64,000 nucleotides of DNA from Chrysomallon squamiferum (lineage: Eukaryota; Animalia; Mollusca), in contig CM022678.1 of assembly GCA_012295275.1 (NCBI GenBank), forward strand, positions 5,952,001 to 6,016,000, written 5' to 3'. The stretch's first letter is position 1, and every line of letters starts with the position of its first letter. Shown here in pieces: positions 11,902-26,176 of this stretch. The notes under the pieces are model-generated. The model did not search any database and was not told the DNA's origin. It was given only the letters and a program-made list of their open reading frames with translations. The translations under genes were made by a program, and so were the position numbers.

Positions 11902-14206
11902 TTACACAAATCCACTGAAAATTAAAACGTATACAAATCAACATGTGCTGTGCTACAGACTCTTCTCTGATAAGATTCCCAGCTTGAGTGATGCTGTGCA
12001 TTACGCCAGTTCATTCCCAGTAAGTGTTGAAATAATTGCCTCATTGGCCCCCCTCCCATTGTTGCCCGTGTTGACGTCTTAATACACTGGAGGGGTGGGT
12101 GGGAGAGATAGCCGACAGCAATAAATAAATGCTCACCAGGTTCTTTCCATCACTTGTGTACTACATGTATTGATCTGACCACTGGTCACTCCTGTTGAGA
12201 GATGAGGTCTGTATGTGTGTGTGTGTGTGGTGGGGGGGCAGATAATTTTTGTTCTCATTTGGTAGTAATTGGGCGTTTAGAAAATTGTCAAATCGACTGA
12301 AGTGGGGGTTGGCAGTTGCGAATTTATTATATTTAGGTCTTCTGTAAAAAGGTGACATTGTTTTGTTGAAAGAGGTAGGATTAGGTGTGAGACAGAAAGA
12401 AATAATTATGTAAGAAATGGTTATTTGTAATTTGGTGGAAATTTCAGTTTACTTAGAAAAGATTTGTTAATAATCTGCAAAGAAAGAACAGTATTTGAAT
12501 GAGTTGTATTCAGTGGAAATGATGTGGCTTTGAGAAAATTATTTATAAAAAAAAAAAACCCCCCCAACATTTGAGACATAGCTATGTTCAGTGGAAATTG
12601 GATTTACATAGAAGAAAAGTGTTTTAACAGCATATTTCAGATTAAAAAATTATATTCAATGAAAATTTGAAGAAACTTATTTATAAGAGAAACAAAATAA
12701 CAATATATATATATATATGTATATATCATAATATGAAAGTTATTGTGTCTGTCTTTAATGAGGATTTGAATAGACTTTAAAAAAAAAAACATTATAATAA
12801 TTATATATATGAAATGCATGGATTTACTGTAGTGGAACATTACTGTGAGTATACCATTTCTTATTTACTTATATGAATAAGCAAACATTTTAAAAGGATA
12901 CCAAAGAGTAAAACTGTAAAAACTAATCGCAAAAAAACAACAACCACCGAACATTGTTCATTTGGTTTTTTGTTTTTAAATTTGAATTTTAAATATTTTT
13001 ACATTTAAATTAGAACAAAAGAAAATTAACCTGTATTTTTTTTTTTTTTTTTTTTTTTAAAGAATAATGTTGACTTTTTTTTTTTTTTTTTTTTTCATTT
13101 CATTTTTAATTTTTTATTTTTGTAAAACTAGTTTATCACTTTTATTTTTTTACTATGAAATGTTTTTTTTTTTATTTTATTTATTTATTTTATTTATCAT
13201 TTCATTTTTTTTTTTTTTTTTTTTTTTTTTATTTTTTTTTTTATTTTATTTTATTTTTATTTATTTTTTTTTTTTTTATTTTATTTCATTATTTATTTTT
13301 TTTTTTTTTTTATTTTATTTATTTTTTTTATTTATTTATTTATTTATTTTTTTTTTTAATTTATTTATATCCTTACTGAAGTCACACGCTCTCTCTCTCT
13401 CTCAGCCTTTCTTCCTTTTTCGTGAGAAGAAAAATGTCTCTTGCTTTTTAACAATGTCATCATGCTCTCTAGTTCTGTCAGCAAGTTTATTCGGATCACG
13501 TGCAGAGTATACAAAACACCACAAAGCCACTTTAACAAACACTTACTGTAAACCTGTTGCATAAACAAATTCTCTTACAAATCTCTTTCTCTTTCAGCCT
13601 CTCTGCATATATATATATATATATATACATGCATACATACATTATGTATGTCAGTTACTGTATATTACAGGCCATAAACAAGAATTACGTACAAGCAGGC
13701 TCATAATGAATACGTATACACATAGGTGTTTGTTTGTGTGAACAAGATGTCATGTTGATAAATGTTGTATTGAAATGGATAATAGTTAGGTGCGATAGAA
13801 CGAGAAACATTAGATCACAGTTGCATTTGTAAGAAACAGGATGTAAATAATATTTATTTTTGGAACTGATTTTTGAATGGCTTAGTTGGTTTTCAATGCA
13901 GTATGCATATTTTTATTATTATTATTATTATTTTTATTATTTTATTTATTTTTTGAACTGGTTTCAACAGGCTTAGTTGGTTTTCAATGCAGCAGGCATA
14001 TTTTTATTATTATTATTATTTTTTTTTAATGCATTTTTTTAAATATTTATTATTTCACTATTTTATTTATTGATGCATGAAAATGTATCCATAAATGCTA
14101 TTGGCTTACCTGTGTTCTTATTCGAGCAAAATAAAAAATACAAGGTGTATTAAAATCATTACCTTCATATTTATCATTATATATTATTTAATAACTGTTT
14201 TAATTT

Positions 14207-14241
<35 letters not shown>

Positions 14242-14823
14242 GTTACAGACACAAAAACAATGGAATAATGGGATGTATGGATAACAAGACTAGAAAAAGG
14301 CTGAGTGCTTTATTTATGCATGTACGATGCAAGTGAACAGTGAGGGATATTTTATGTTGATGTCAGCGTACAGAGTCACATGTTCACCTCTCAGGCCGAT
14401 ATATAAATAGATATTGAGTTGCACGAACAGATCATTTATAAGTGCTCCACTGGTCATACATAAAGCAGTCAGGTACATTTACCTGATCGTTGCTACTTGA
14501 TTATAGGTGCAGATTCGATTCAAAAACAAAAAGGAGGATATATATAGAGATATATTATGTACTGAAATCGGTGAAAGAACGGAACATAAATTGATAAGTA
14601 AAAATTATTTTCAGTAAATTATGAAGTGAAAAAAACAACAAAAAAAACAACAAAATGGAATGGAATTTTTTGTAGATTTTAATTTTAATTTTAAATTTTT
14701 TTTTTTTTTTTTGTTCAAAAAACGGGTGGCATTTCGTGGAGTTTGATGATTTTCTAACTGAAACTAACACTTTGAATATTTCAAATTAAAAAAAAATAAA
14801 AAATTTAAAGAAGATTGTTTACG

Positions 14824-15627
14824 ATGGGTGAGTTGAAGAAAATGGCCACACCCGTATTCAACGTCCACAGCAGCGGATTCAGTCCATCGAGCCCCGTGCT
14901 GGACCAGGAACTGACCACCTTCGACCAGTCTCCCAGCGACTACTCCATCGCCAGTGGCAACAGCACGTGCCCATTCCTGCCACAGCAGCAGAAGACGAAG
15001 AAGAAAGAGGAGGAGAACAACTCCAACCACAACGTCGCCATCATCGACGAGCGCGAGTGCGGCATCGGCCGCTTCCGCCCGCAGTTCCTGCAGCCGTGCG
15101 CCAACATCAAGCTCTTCGTCTTCTTCATGTGCGTGCTGTGCACCGTGGCGACCAGCATGACGACCGGCTACCTCAACAGCGTCATCACGACCATCGAGAA
15201 GCGCTTCGAGATCGGCAGCTCCATCTCGGGCGTCATCGCCGCCTCGTATGAGTTCGGCTCCCTCGGCGCCGTCGTCTTCGTCAGCTTCCTCGGCGGCGGC
15301 CGCCACATTCCCAAGTGGATCGGGCGGGGCGTGTCGCTGATGGGCGTCGGCGCCCTGCTCTTCGCCCTGCCGCACGTGATCGCGCCCAAGTACTCAGTGC
15401 ACACCGGCGTCGTGTCCAACTTCAGCGTGGAGAACATCTGCCGCATCCCGCTGCAGCAGAAGCTCGACGCGGAGATGTGCTTCTCGGAGAACTCCGGCAA
15501 CTGGGTCTACGTGCTCATCCTCATCGTCGCGCAGATCTTCATCGGCACCGGGGCACGCCCATCCTCACCCTGGGGATCATGTACGTCGACAACCACGTGG
15601 CGAAAGACAAGTCTCCGGCTTATTTGG
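14824..15627 (+). CDS. OATP/SLCO organic anion transporting polypeptide, coding exon 1 (apparent 1-bp deletion at 15550-15553)
   Basis: OATP-type motifs GYLNSVITTIEKRFEI, IAASYEFG, FVSFLGGGRHIPKWIG and LLFALPH. After the frameshift it reads GTPILTLGIMYVDNHV, then a G|GTGAGT donor. From memory it resembles the invertebrate Oatp30B-like group; exact orthology is not established. Confidence 0.95.
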
Positions 15628-15709
15628 GTGAGTCTTCATTGTTGTTGTTGTTTGTTGTTGTTGTCTGTACGTTTTTTTTTTGTTTTTTTTTCACTGTGGC
15701 ATTCGTTTT

Positions 15710-16060
15710 ATCATGCATTGAAATATGATTTTTGTTTTTAAAAAAAGTAAATGAATAAATCATTGGAATAGTTGCATGCATTGAAATATGATTTTGTTTT
15801 TAAAAAAAGTAAATGATTCATTGGAATAGTTGCATGCACTGAAATATGATTTTGTTTTTAAAAAAGTAAATAAATAATTCATTGGAATAGTTTCATGCAT
15901 TGAAATATGATTTTGTTTTAAAAAAATAAAAAAATAATTCATTGGAATAGTTGCATGTATTGAAATATGATTTGGTTTTAAAAAAGTAAATGATTGGAAT
16001 AGTTGCATGCATTTAAATATGATTTTGTTTTTAAAAAAGTAAATAATTCATTGGAATAGT
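15710..16060. repeat. ~60-bp minisatellite, about 6 copies
   Basis: Unit approximately tgcatgcattgaaatatgattttgtttttaaaaaagtaaat...attcattggaatagt. Confidence 0.88.
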
Positions 16061-16289
16061 AGATGAATAACTGATTGTTGATTGTTGTTGTTAAAAAAGA
16101 TACCTTTACTCATGTACAATCCAAGTTATTTAAATGCAGAGAGAGACACCAATACTTTGCCCATAATGTATACGTCCTACCTATTTAAATATGTAGAAAG
16201 CAACATTTCCTAATATCAACACCATTTCATGTACTGAAATGTTGAAAAGATGTGACTAAATCATTCTAGAATTTTATTGATGGTATATG

Positions 16290-16322
<33 letters not shown>

Positions 16323-16961
16323 TCCAAGTTATTTAATTTTATAATATATCATAACACCATTTCTTGTACTGAAATACTGAAAAGATATTAAAAATATATA
16401 TATATATATTATAGAGCTGCTATAAAAATGTTACATTTGATGAGTATATTTCCAAATCATTTAATTCAACAGAGACTGGTATTTCTGGTATTTCCTAAAA
16501 ATAAATCATGACACCATTTCACATGCAGAAAGGATGACAATTTATTAATAAATCATTTTAGATGGTTTGCACGTATCCAAGATATTTAATTGTCATAGTA
16601 TCCAAACTTTGCTAATAATAAATGATATCGCCATTTCTTGTGTTGTATAGGTAAGACATTGTGGAGTGCAGTCTAAAAATAGTTCTGATGCAATGTTTAC
16701 TGAATTATTATTGTCGTTGTTGTTGTTGTTATTACTACTATTATTATTATTTTATGTTGTTGTTGTTGTTATTGTTATTGTTATTATTATTATTTAATTA
16801 CTGCTGGAAATAACCAGATTTTGCCAAATTAATATATTTATTGGTTTATTAATTAAACAGCCCGTTACTTCTTAATCTGTTTAAGCTGATTATTTCCATT
16901 GTTAATTAGTCTTGTCTGTGAAAAACTCTTGTCTCTCTTTCTCTCTCTGTCTCTCCACACA

Positions 16962-17047
<86 letters not shown>

Positions 17048-18561
17048 AACAGACTTAAAATACCAGGTTAATATGTTCTTACTATTATACAACATACAAG
17101 CTACTTATAAAACCCCACCCCTCAAAAACAACCAGGTTAAGATGCAACAGGGCAAAGAATTTTTTTTTTTTTGTGTGTGTTTTACATTATATTGCTTAAC
17201 ACAGTGTAAATCTATTTACTTGGTAAGCTAAACTCTGATGATGTTAACATCATCTATTTCACTTGATGATGTTTGTCACAATATGGAGGTGGGTGTAATA
17301 TTAGGTTACTGCTGTTAATAACCGTGAGGCCTCAGATAATATTAGTTACAATAATGTAATAGGTTTATCGCTGTTCACAGCATTTTGGGGATTTTTATAA
17401 AAAATTTGTTATAACACTGAGGTGCCTGTATTATTGGGTTGCTGCTGTTGGCACCATTTTGGGTCGGGGGAGTCTATAATATTTATTGTAATACCAAGGT
17501 GGTTGTGCTGTTAGGTCATTGGTATTGACATTAACCTGTGGAATTCTGTAATATTTGTTGTAATGCTGAGGTGGTTGTATTATTGGGTTATTGACAGGAG
17601 CATCATTTGGGGGTTTATTCAATAGCATTTGTTGTAATACTGAGGTGGTTTTATTGTTGAGGTACTGCTGAGGGACTCGATAACATCTGTTGCAATACTG
17701 AGGTGGTTGTATTACTGGGTTACTTATTTCCTGTTCAGGCCAAGATATTGCATTCCCAGTTCATGATAATAATAATAATAAATATTTATAAAATTATTAT
17801 TATTATTATTCCCAATCCTATAAGAAATAATGATACTGTTTTTAGGTGTAATTAAAGACATTTATAACTTTTTTCACCATTATTCTGAAACAAAACATTG
17901 ACTTTTACCATTTTTTTTTGTTCCCAAGATACTGTATATATACAGTTAATTACAAATACAAAACAGTAAAAGTCATTTACTTGGGTTTTATTTTCCCATA
18001 TCTAATAATGGTATTGTTTCTTGGTTGCCATGGCACCCTGTCACAGAAGCCATGAATATTTCTGAGAGAAGCCAATAAAGATAATTAATTTGCAGTTTCT
18101 CAAGTCTTTTATTTCATTATGTTTTGCAAATGAATATTTTTGAATTTTATGGAAGGACTCTAAAGAAATAGGGGTCACTGGACTTGAAGATGGGGGGATT
18201 CAGTGAGATGGAGACACTCCCCTTAAAAAAATGAAACAGTTTTGGGAACGACTGGCTTCAAATGTGAAATAAACCTTAGAAATAAGGATTAACAGTAGTA
18301 AAGTCATTTTTTACTACTTTTATGTAAATAACAAACACATAATTGGGAGCCTTTTGTTTAAAATGCAAAATAAATGTTATAAATCAGTTTTGATAATAGT
18401 AGTAAAATGTTTTGATTACTTCTAAGTAAATCAGAGACAAAAAAGATTCTTGTCCTTTATAAACCCATTGTCATTCACAAGTGCATCCATCTTATGTGTG
18501 TATGTATCTATATACAGTTCTTGTTTCCCCTCTCTCTCTCTCTCTCTATGTATCTATATCT

Positions 18562-18592
<31 letters not shown>

Positions 18593-18633
18593 ATATATAT
18601 ATATAGGTTAGATATAGACAGATTTTGTTTCTG

Positions 18634-18682
<49 letters not shown>

Positions 18683-18814
18683 ATCTAATCTATCTATCTA
18701 TATATATATATATAAATAGGTTAGATATAGAAAGTTTTTGTTTCTGTTCTTCTCTCTCTGTCTCTCTCCATGTATCTAATCTATCTATATATATTATATA
18801 GATAGATAGATTAG

Positions 18815-18845
<31 letters not shown>

Positions 18846-19025
18846 ACAAAAGAAAGACAGAGAGAAGAACAGAAACAAAAACTTTATGCAGATATATACA
18901 GACACACACACATATACACACATACACGCACACACACACATACACGACAACATAATTTATATCAAAATTAACACACACACACACTAACACACACTAATAA
19001 TTCTTCAATGCAATTGTAATTGTAG

Positions 19026-19340
19026 CTTTCATCTATGCAACTGGGGCCCTGGGCCCGGTCCTGGGCTACGCGCTGGGCGCGCTGCTGCTCCAGTACTACG
19101 TGGACACCTTCACCTACGACGTGACCATCTCGGCAGGCCACCCTCGCTGGATCGGGGCGTGGTGGGGCGGCTTCATCATCTGCGGGCTGAGCCTGCTGAT
19201 GCTGGCGGTGCCGTTCATGGCGTTCCCGAAGGAGCTGGTCAGCGAGAAGAGGAAGATGCTGGAGGAGAAGGCGAAGGAGGAGCTGCTGGATCACGACGCG
19301 ACGAGCAAGCCCGCGGAAGACTATGGGAAAACCATCAAAG
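19026..19340 (+). CDS. OATP exon 2 (GPVLGYALG...HPRWIGAWWGGF...FPK)
   Basis: Contains the OATP family signature (D/H)xRW(I/V)GAWWxGF. AG/GT-bounded, phase 1-1, 315 bp. Confidence 0.96.
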
Positions 19341-19351
19341 GTTGGTTTACA

Positions 19352-19382
<31 letters not shown>

Positions 19383-19845
19383 GTCTGTCTGTCTATATAT
19401 CTGTCTTTCTGTCTTTCTATATATCTGTCTATATGTATGTCTGTTTGTCTGTCTATATGTCTGTCTGTCTGTCTATATGTCTGTCTATATATCTTTCTAT
19501 CTATCTATTTATATATCTGTCTGTCTGTCTATATATCTGTCTGTATGTCTGTCGGTCTATATGTCTGTCTATTTCTTTCTGTCTGTCTCTGTCTATTTGT
19601 ATATCTGTCTATATATCTGTCTATATATTTATCTATCTATCTGTCTATCTATCTCTCTATCTGTCTATATATCTGTCTGTCTATATATCTCTATCTGTCT
19701 ATATATCTATCTGTCTATCTATCTCTCTATCTGTCTATATATATCTGTCTGTCTGTCTGTATATCTCTATCTGTCTATATATCTATCTATCTGTCTATCT
19801 ATCTCTGTATCTGTCTATATATCTGTCTAGCTATCTGTCTGTCTG
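19352..19845. repeat. (TCTG/TCTA/TA)n compound microsatellite
   Basis: Directly visible, starting just after the exon 2 donor. Confidence 0.92.
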
Positions 19846-19975
19846 ACTTTATACAGTGATACAATGATATGTGTGGGAGTGTGTAGGAATGTGCATACAT
19901 GAAATATACAGACATAATTGTATGTATATATCTTTGTAGAGGAATGTATATGTGGATGTTAGGTAGGTGAAACTA

Positions 19976-20008
<33 letters not shown>

Positions 20009-20098
20009 CTGTGTGTGTGTGAGGTAAATGTTTATTAATATCCCAGCGCACGGAAATCATAAAATATGTGTGTGCTAGTATCTGTTAGCATGTGTGTG

Positions 20099-20178
<80 letters not shown>

Positions 20179-20250
20179 ATGGGCTTTGAACAGTGATCTG
20201 AACCATCATGGTTTTGAAGTATTTAGGTATGTACTGTGCATGCTTGTGCC

Positions 20251-20283
<33 letters not shown>

Positions 20284-20578
20284 CTGGTTTCTGTCTTAGT
20301 TATCTGTTTGTTCTGTTAAAGTGTTAATTACATTTCCTTCAAAATTATCAGTTTTACAAGTTGTTTTTGATGTAGTGTGTGTGAGTCTGTGAGAGAGTGA
20401 GAGATATGTGTGTGAGTGAGATTAGTTAAAACTTATTTTTATACTTTTCCACTGTTGTATGTATACTGCTAACATGGGTCCCTTTATGATCTATACAAAA
20501 ATCTGAAAATTTATTTTATTTTCTTATTTTTGAGGGTGGGTGTATTTACTTTCGTTACAAACTAAAAATCACTATATC

Positions 20579-20616
<38 letters not shown>

Positions 20617-20639
20617 AGATTTCTGAATGGTTTGTTTTG

Positions 20640-20687
<48 letters not shown>

Positions 20688-21370
20688 TAAAACTTTTATT
20701 TTTAACTAAATGTTTCACAACTGGATTAATTCATTTCACTGTCGAGCAATTCGGAGAATTTGTTCGTAATTACTTTATGCCTTCCTCATTCCGTGAGTGT
20801 GTGAACTGTGGGGAAAGCTGTCCTCCCTGTGTCGCCTTACAAATCAATCAGTTCTTGAACAGTTTCCTTCCTTGGATACCAGAGATATTGATCAGTCGCC
20901 ATGGTAACCTGTAATGACTTCTGGCCCGAATTTTTGCCAGTGTCTTAATTGCGGTTGTTGTAAGTGTTTTGTGAAGTGTACACGTATGTACGTAAGTAGT
21001 CCATTGAAGATTAGGGTGAAAAGAAGATGAAGAAGAAGATGATTAAATGGATGGAAAGGGGATTATATCTATCTATATATATGTGTATATATATTTATAT
21101 TTATATTTTTTGTTTTATTTAGTAATATTTGCACCGTTTATTGATTTTAGATGTCCAAGTGTGTGTGTTTTGGTTTATGTTAAAAAACATAAATAAGGAA
21201 ACAATTATATAACTGTGCGTAATTGTCTGTCTGTCTGTCTGTCTGTATGTATGTGTGTATAAATTGTGTGTGTGTGTGTATGAGTGCACATGTATGTTTA
21301 TGTATGTATGTATCTGTTTCTGTAGAAATAAATATATATATGTATATACATACATACATATATATTATAT

Positions 21371-21407
<37 letters not shown>

Positions 21408-21537
21408 CAGATATATAGACAGACATACAGACAGACAGACAGACAGAAATGTCATTTACACATAAACGTACATACATAATATCTATACATCATTTACAAT
21501 AAAAATATATACACTGATATACATACCATACTATACA

Positions 21538-21574
<37 letters not shown>

Positions 21575-22388
21575 ACACACACACACACAGAGACACAGAG
21601 GCAGGTACACTTAATACAGTCTGAATAAGCTTCATTTTTTTTAATGTGCTGAGATGAACACTTTAGCACAATAAATAGTTTACTTTAGCCAGAATCCAGA
21701 TTTATAATCATTAGGAAGAGTGATTCTGTTCAGGCTATGGGTATAATAAACATTTGTAGGTGGTCCAAGTGTTAATGTTTCTTTTATTCTCTGCACTGGT
21801 AGGGAAAAAAAAAATTACAATAAAAAATAAAAAAATCTTATGGTAACATTTTGTAGAAGAAATTCTTTAAAACATATGTACATTTAACTCCATATTTGTT
21901 TTCATACTCCATTTACCAACGTTTCTGGAATTTTTCTGGTGATTTATAAAAATCTGTGGTTTTATTAACAGTGTCCAAATTCCAGTTATTAATCAGAGAT
22001 GACTTTAATTAAATTTACATTTATCAAAATTTTATGTCTGTTACAATCATTTAGTGGCAGCTTTTTAACTGCAAAGAAAAAGAAAGAAAAATAAAATCAT
22101 ATCGAAAAGTAATAATAATAATAATAATAAAAATAATAATAATAACAATAATGAATACAATAATAATAAAATTTTATACCAGCACATTATAAAATTTTCT
22201 TCAAAAGAAAGACAGAATTAAAATGGGTAACCTCAAAAGATTCTTTTTCTTATTACTATTACTACTATTAATTTAAAATATCATTTCTTCGACTATTTTC
22301 TTTGCCAAGTTTTATCTTTATAGCTCGTGATTAAAATAGTTCACCATGTTTCTGTGTTAAAAAAAAAAAAAAAAAAAAAAAATTATTC

Positions 22389-22425
<37 letters not shown>

Positions 22426-24200
22426 AAAAGAAGGTAAGTTTATTTCAGTAAATTATCAACTAAAACTTTTTTGGTTTTTATTATTATTACGTTGTTTTTT
22501 TTGTAATTTTTTTGAAAGTTTCCATGTTAAAAAAAATTAATAATCTGACACAAATACAGAAATATTTTTCATTCTTCAGTTTATAAGCTATGCTTATTTC
22601 ATTAAATTATAAAGTAGCTTTCTTTTTTGTTTATTTGTTTTGTTTATTTTTTTTTTTTTTTTTTTTTTTTAACCTTTTAAATGTTAATCTGGCCGTAATC
22701 TTTAAAACACATTTAAGAAATTTGCTCTGATCATGAACCCCAGCAATGTCTTAAAAACACTTAGCTTTTCTTTGAACCTAATCAATGAACTTTATCCTCT
22801 TTCAGGGCATATTAACTTTTATTACAAAAGGAATCTTTATGAGTATCTTTAAAACATTGTGTTTAATGTAAAATAGATTCAGACAAGAAAGAAAGAAAGG
22901 AAAAAAGAAAGAAAGAAGAAGAAATAAGACAGAAAGAAAAATTTTTTTTTTTTCATCCATTTCTTTCATTTTTGTTAATAAAACTTTTAATCAATTAGAG
23001 TGTATAGTGAATTGTGGTCTTTGTCTGGCCTAAAGGGAATAAAAATAAATATGTAAAGAAAGAAAAAAAGAAAAAAAGAAAGAAAGAAAAAAAAAAAAAA
23101 ATAAAGAAAAATAAATAAATTTAAAAAAAAGAAAAAAAAAAAAATCTAAAAAAAAAGAAGAAAAAATGTAAATAAATAAAATTAATTAAATAAATAAATA
23201 ATAAAAAAGAAAATAAACTATTTATTAATTATCTTAAATTTTTTGTTTAACAAAATAAAAAATCTCTCACATCTGATTTAACAGCAGTCGAAACAAAAAC
23301 ATTTCTCTCTTCTGCATTACTGACCTCAGTCAGCAGACGTAATAACAGTCTTCATTATCTTCTGTCATATTCCTCGCCAGTGCTATTCGAAGACTGGGAA
23401 TCACTGTAACACCAAGCAGTCTGTTAACTCTCTCAGCTGCTGCTTGGTCTAAACTCGACCCAGGAGCTTTGGAAACAAAGTAGAGTAATTGTGTTGAATG
23501 GGTTACTGCAGAGAGTATTTACTGTGCATTCGTTTTGTTTGGGGTGAATGCCACGTAATTGTGTTACGTTTTATGCCACGTAATGTGTTGCAGTCAGTGC
23601 CATTGTAATGTGTTACGTTCAATGCCTTAATAAGCATTAGGATGAATGCCATATTGTATTACATAGGAGACATTATTGTTATAAATTTGACATCTCAAAT
23701 TAGAGGTGAATGCCGCATTTTGTGTTAGGATGGATGCCATAATTAAGCGTTTAGGGTGAACGTCATCTTTGTGTGTTTTAAGGTGAATGCCGTATTGTTG
23801 TATGTGATCTTCTGGGTTGAACGATATCGTCAGTCTGATTGATATACTGGTTAATTCTGGTTTATTTTTCTTTTTTTTTCTTTTTTATTTATTTATTTTT
23901 TTTTTTTTTTTTTTTATTTTTAGCTTGGGGCTAAGTTTGATATATTTAGGAAAAGTAATGGATGTTTCTTTGTATTTATCAGTTTTTTTAGTTTTTTTTT
24001 ATTATTTATGTTTTTTTTTACTAATAGTTGTAATATTTTTGTGTTTGATTTTTGTCTGTGTTGTATGAGGGCAAATGTTCATTTTTTTTTTTTTTTTTTT
24101 TTTTTTTATCTGTTTCTATGTTTTTTTTATAGATAATGAAAACATGCACAATTCTATATCCATTTATACATAAATATGCATGTTTAAATTTAAATTAACA

Positions 24201-24239
<39 letters not shown>

Positions 24240-26143
24240 AAAGCAGTTTTACAAACATCTTATTTTCTACTTACACATTAATTTACTCCTAAAGTTGAAA
24301 CAACCACAGTCACACATTTCAAAAATACAACAACTTTAATCAACTTTCCCAGTATACTTGAACGAGAAAAAAAAAAAATCTCATTATGAAAGGGGATACA
24401 TTATTAAATGTATCAACATCATCACTTTACAACCCGTATTACACAATAACCAGGAAGATGTGTGTTTACGACACGCATCTGTTTCTTTGAAAAAAGAAAC
24501 ACTTGCCTAATGAAAAAGTCTGTTTTCTATCTAATCAGTAACCGTCTGGACCTAACATGTAGTGATTTTGATGGAAGTTCTGCTTCTTAAACAAAATAAC
24601 ATTGAATAATAATGAAAAGGCATGTTTGCTTCTTACGTTTTTTTAATCTGATTCTGTAATTAGGTTGAACATTCATTTATAAAAAAAAAAAAATTGTATG
24701 ATGATAAAAAAATTTTTTTTTGCTATTTGAGATTAACCTGAAACAATAACCATTAAGATATTGTTATTATGATGAAGGTCTGTTTCTTAAAAAATAGCAT
24801 ATAATAATGAAAAGGCTTCTTAAATTTAGTTATGGTTCTGTAATTACATTTATTTAAAAAAAAAACAAAAAAAACGTTGTATAATGATGAAAATGTGTTT
24901 TTGCTGTTTGAGATTATCCTGTAACAGTAGCTATTAAGACACTGCATTCATGATAAATATATCCTGTCTTAAAAATAATACAGACTTTGCCTTAATCTGA
25001 ATTTTAGTCTGAAATAATAGTCATCAAGACAACATGGGTGACAAATATAAATTTCTCAAAAATGCTATTACAACAATTATGAAATAACAGTTAATCTTAA
25101 TATTTAGTTTGAAATACCTGATCATCGCAACAACAAGTAAATGATGAATCAAAAATACCACTTAATAATCAAAAGGTGTTGTTGTTGTTGTTTCTTAAAT
25201 TTTAAATTGTAAATAAGATGAAGGTACATTTATTAAAACCCTGATTTATTTTTGAAGTGTCTTAGCTATTTGTGTTTAATCTGAAATAATAATAATCTTT
25301 TTTTTATTTTTATTTTTTTATTTAATTATGATGAAGATCTCTTTCATAAACATACCATATATATATATAATTAGTGAATTAATGAAAAAGGTGTCTTTTC
25401 TTCTTAAATTTAGTCCAAAATGATATTATAATTAATATGAAGGTGTATTAATCAGAAATGATGAAATGTCCCATTTGTTAAATGCTATAATAATCTGTAA
25501 TTATAAAAAGGTCCTCTTTGAAACAGTAATCATCAAAACGCTGTCTTTAATGTAATTCATTTCTTACATGATGTAATGTTCAGTACTTTTTAAAACCTTT
25601 TGGATATGAAGCAACAGTCATCAATGTATTGTTTTTATTATATGTCTCTATTCTTACTTGTTAAAACATCAATAATTTTATTTAAAAAAAAAGTCTGTGA
25701 CTGAAATATTAGGCATCAAAACACTAATTATCATAAATGTCTAACTTTTTTGTAACACTCTGTAATTACGGGAAAAAAAAAGTCTTCTGTTGAAACAGTA
25801 AGATATTTTGATTAGATGAAGTTCTCTCTCTTGTGCAGGTAATTTAGAAAATACCTATTTCCTTGTGATGTTTTAACTAAAGAACAAATGAATTCTGACA
25901 TGGGAAGATTTTCCCTTAGTTCTCATCATACAGATTCTTTTTTTAAGAAAAAAAAAAAAAGAAAAAAAAGCCAAACACATCATACCAAAACATGACCTAA
26001 TTAAGAAATTTGCCATCAACGAAATTAGGAATCTTCTTTTTTTTTTTTTTTTTTTTTTTTTTTCATTTTTCTCCAATAAAGAGATGCTTCAAAAAAACCC
26101 CACATAATTATCAATAAACTTGCCGTCAATGAAATATTTTTTA

Positions 26144-26176
<33 letters not shown>

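Noticed and set aside
8550-14030. Short direct duplications (~8551-8641, 9520-9740, 11580-11900, 13860-14030)
   Set aside because: Ordinary slippage-type local duplications. No terminal inverted repeats, target-site duplications or coding capacity seen.
14764-15500. Minus-strand and alternative-frame ORFs over OATP exon 1 (similarly 18968-19294)
   Set aside because: Shadow ORFs caused by high GC3 in the real coding frame.
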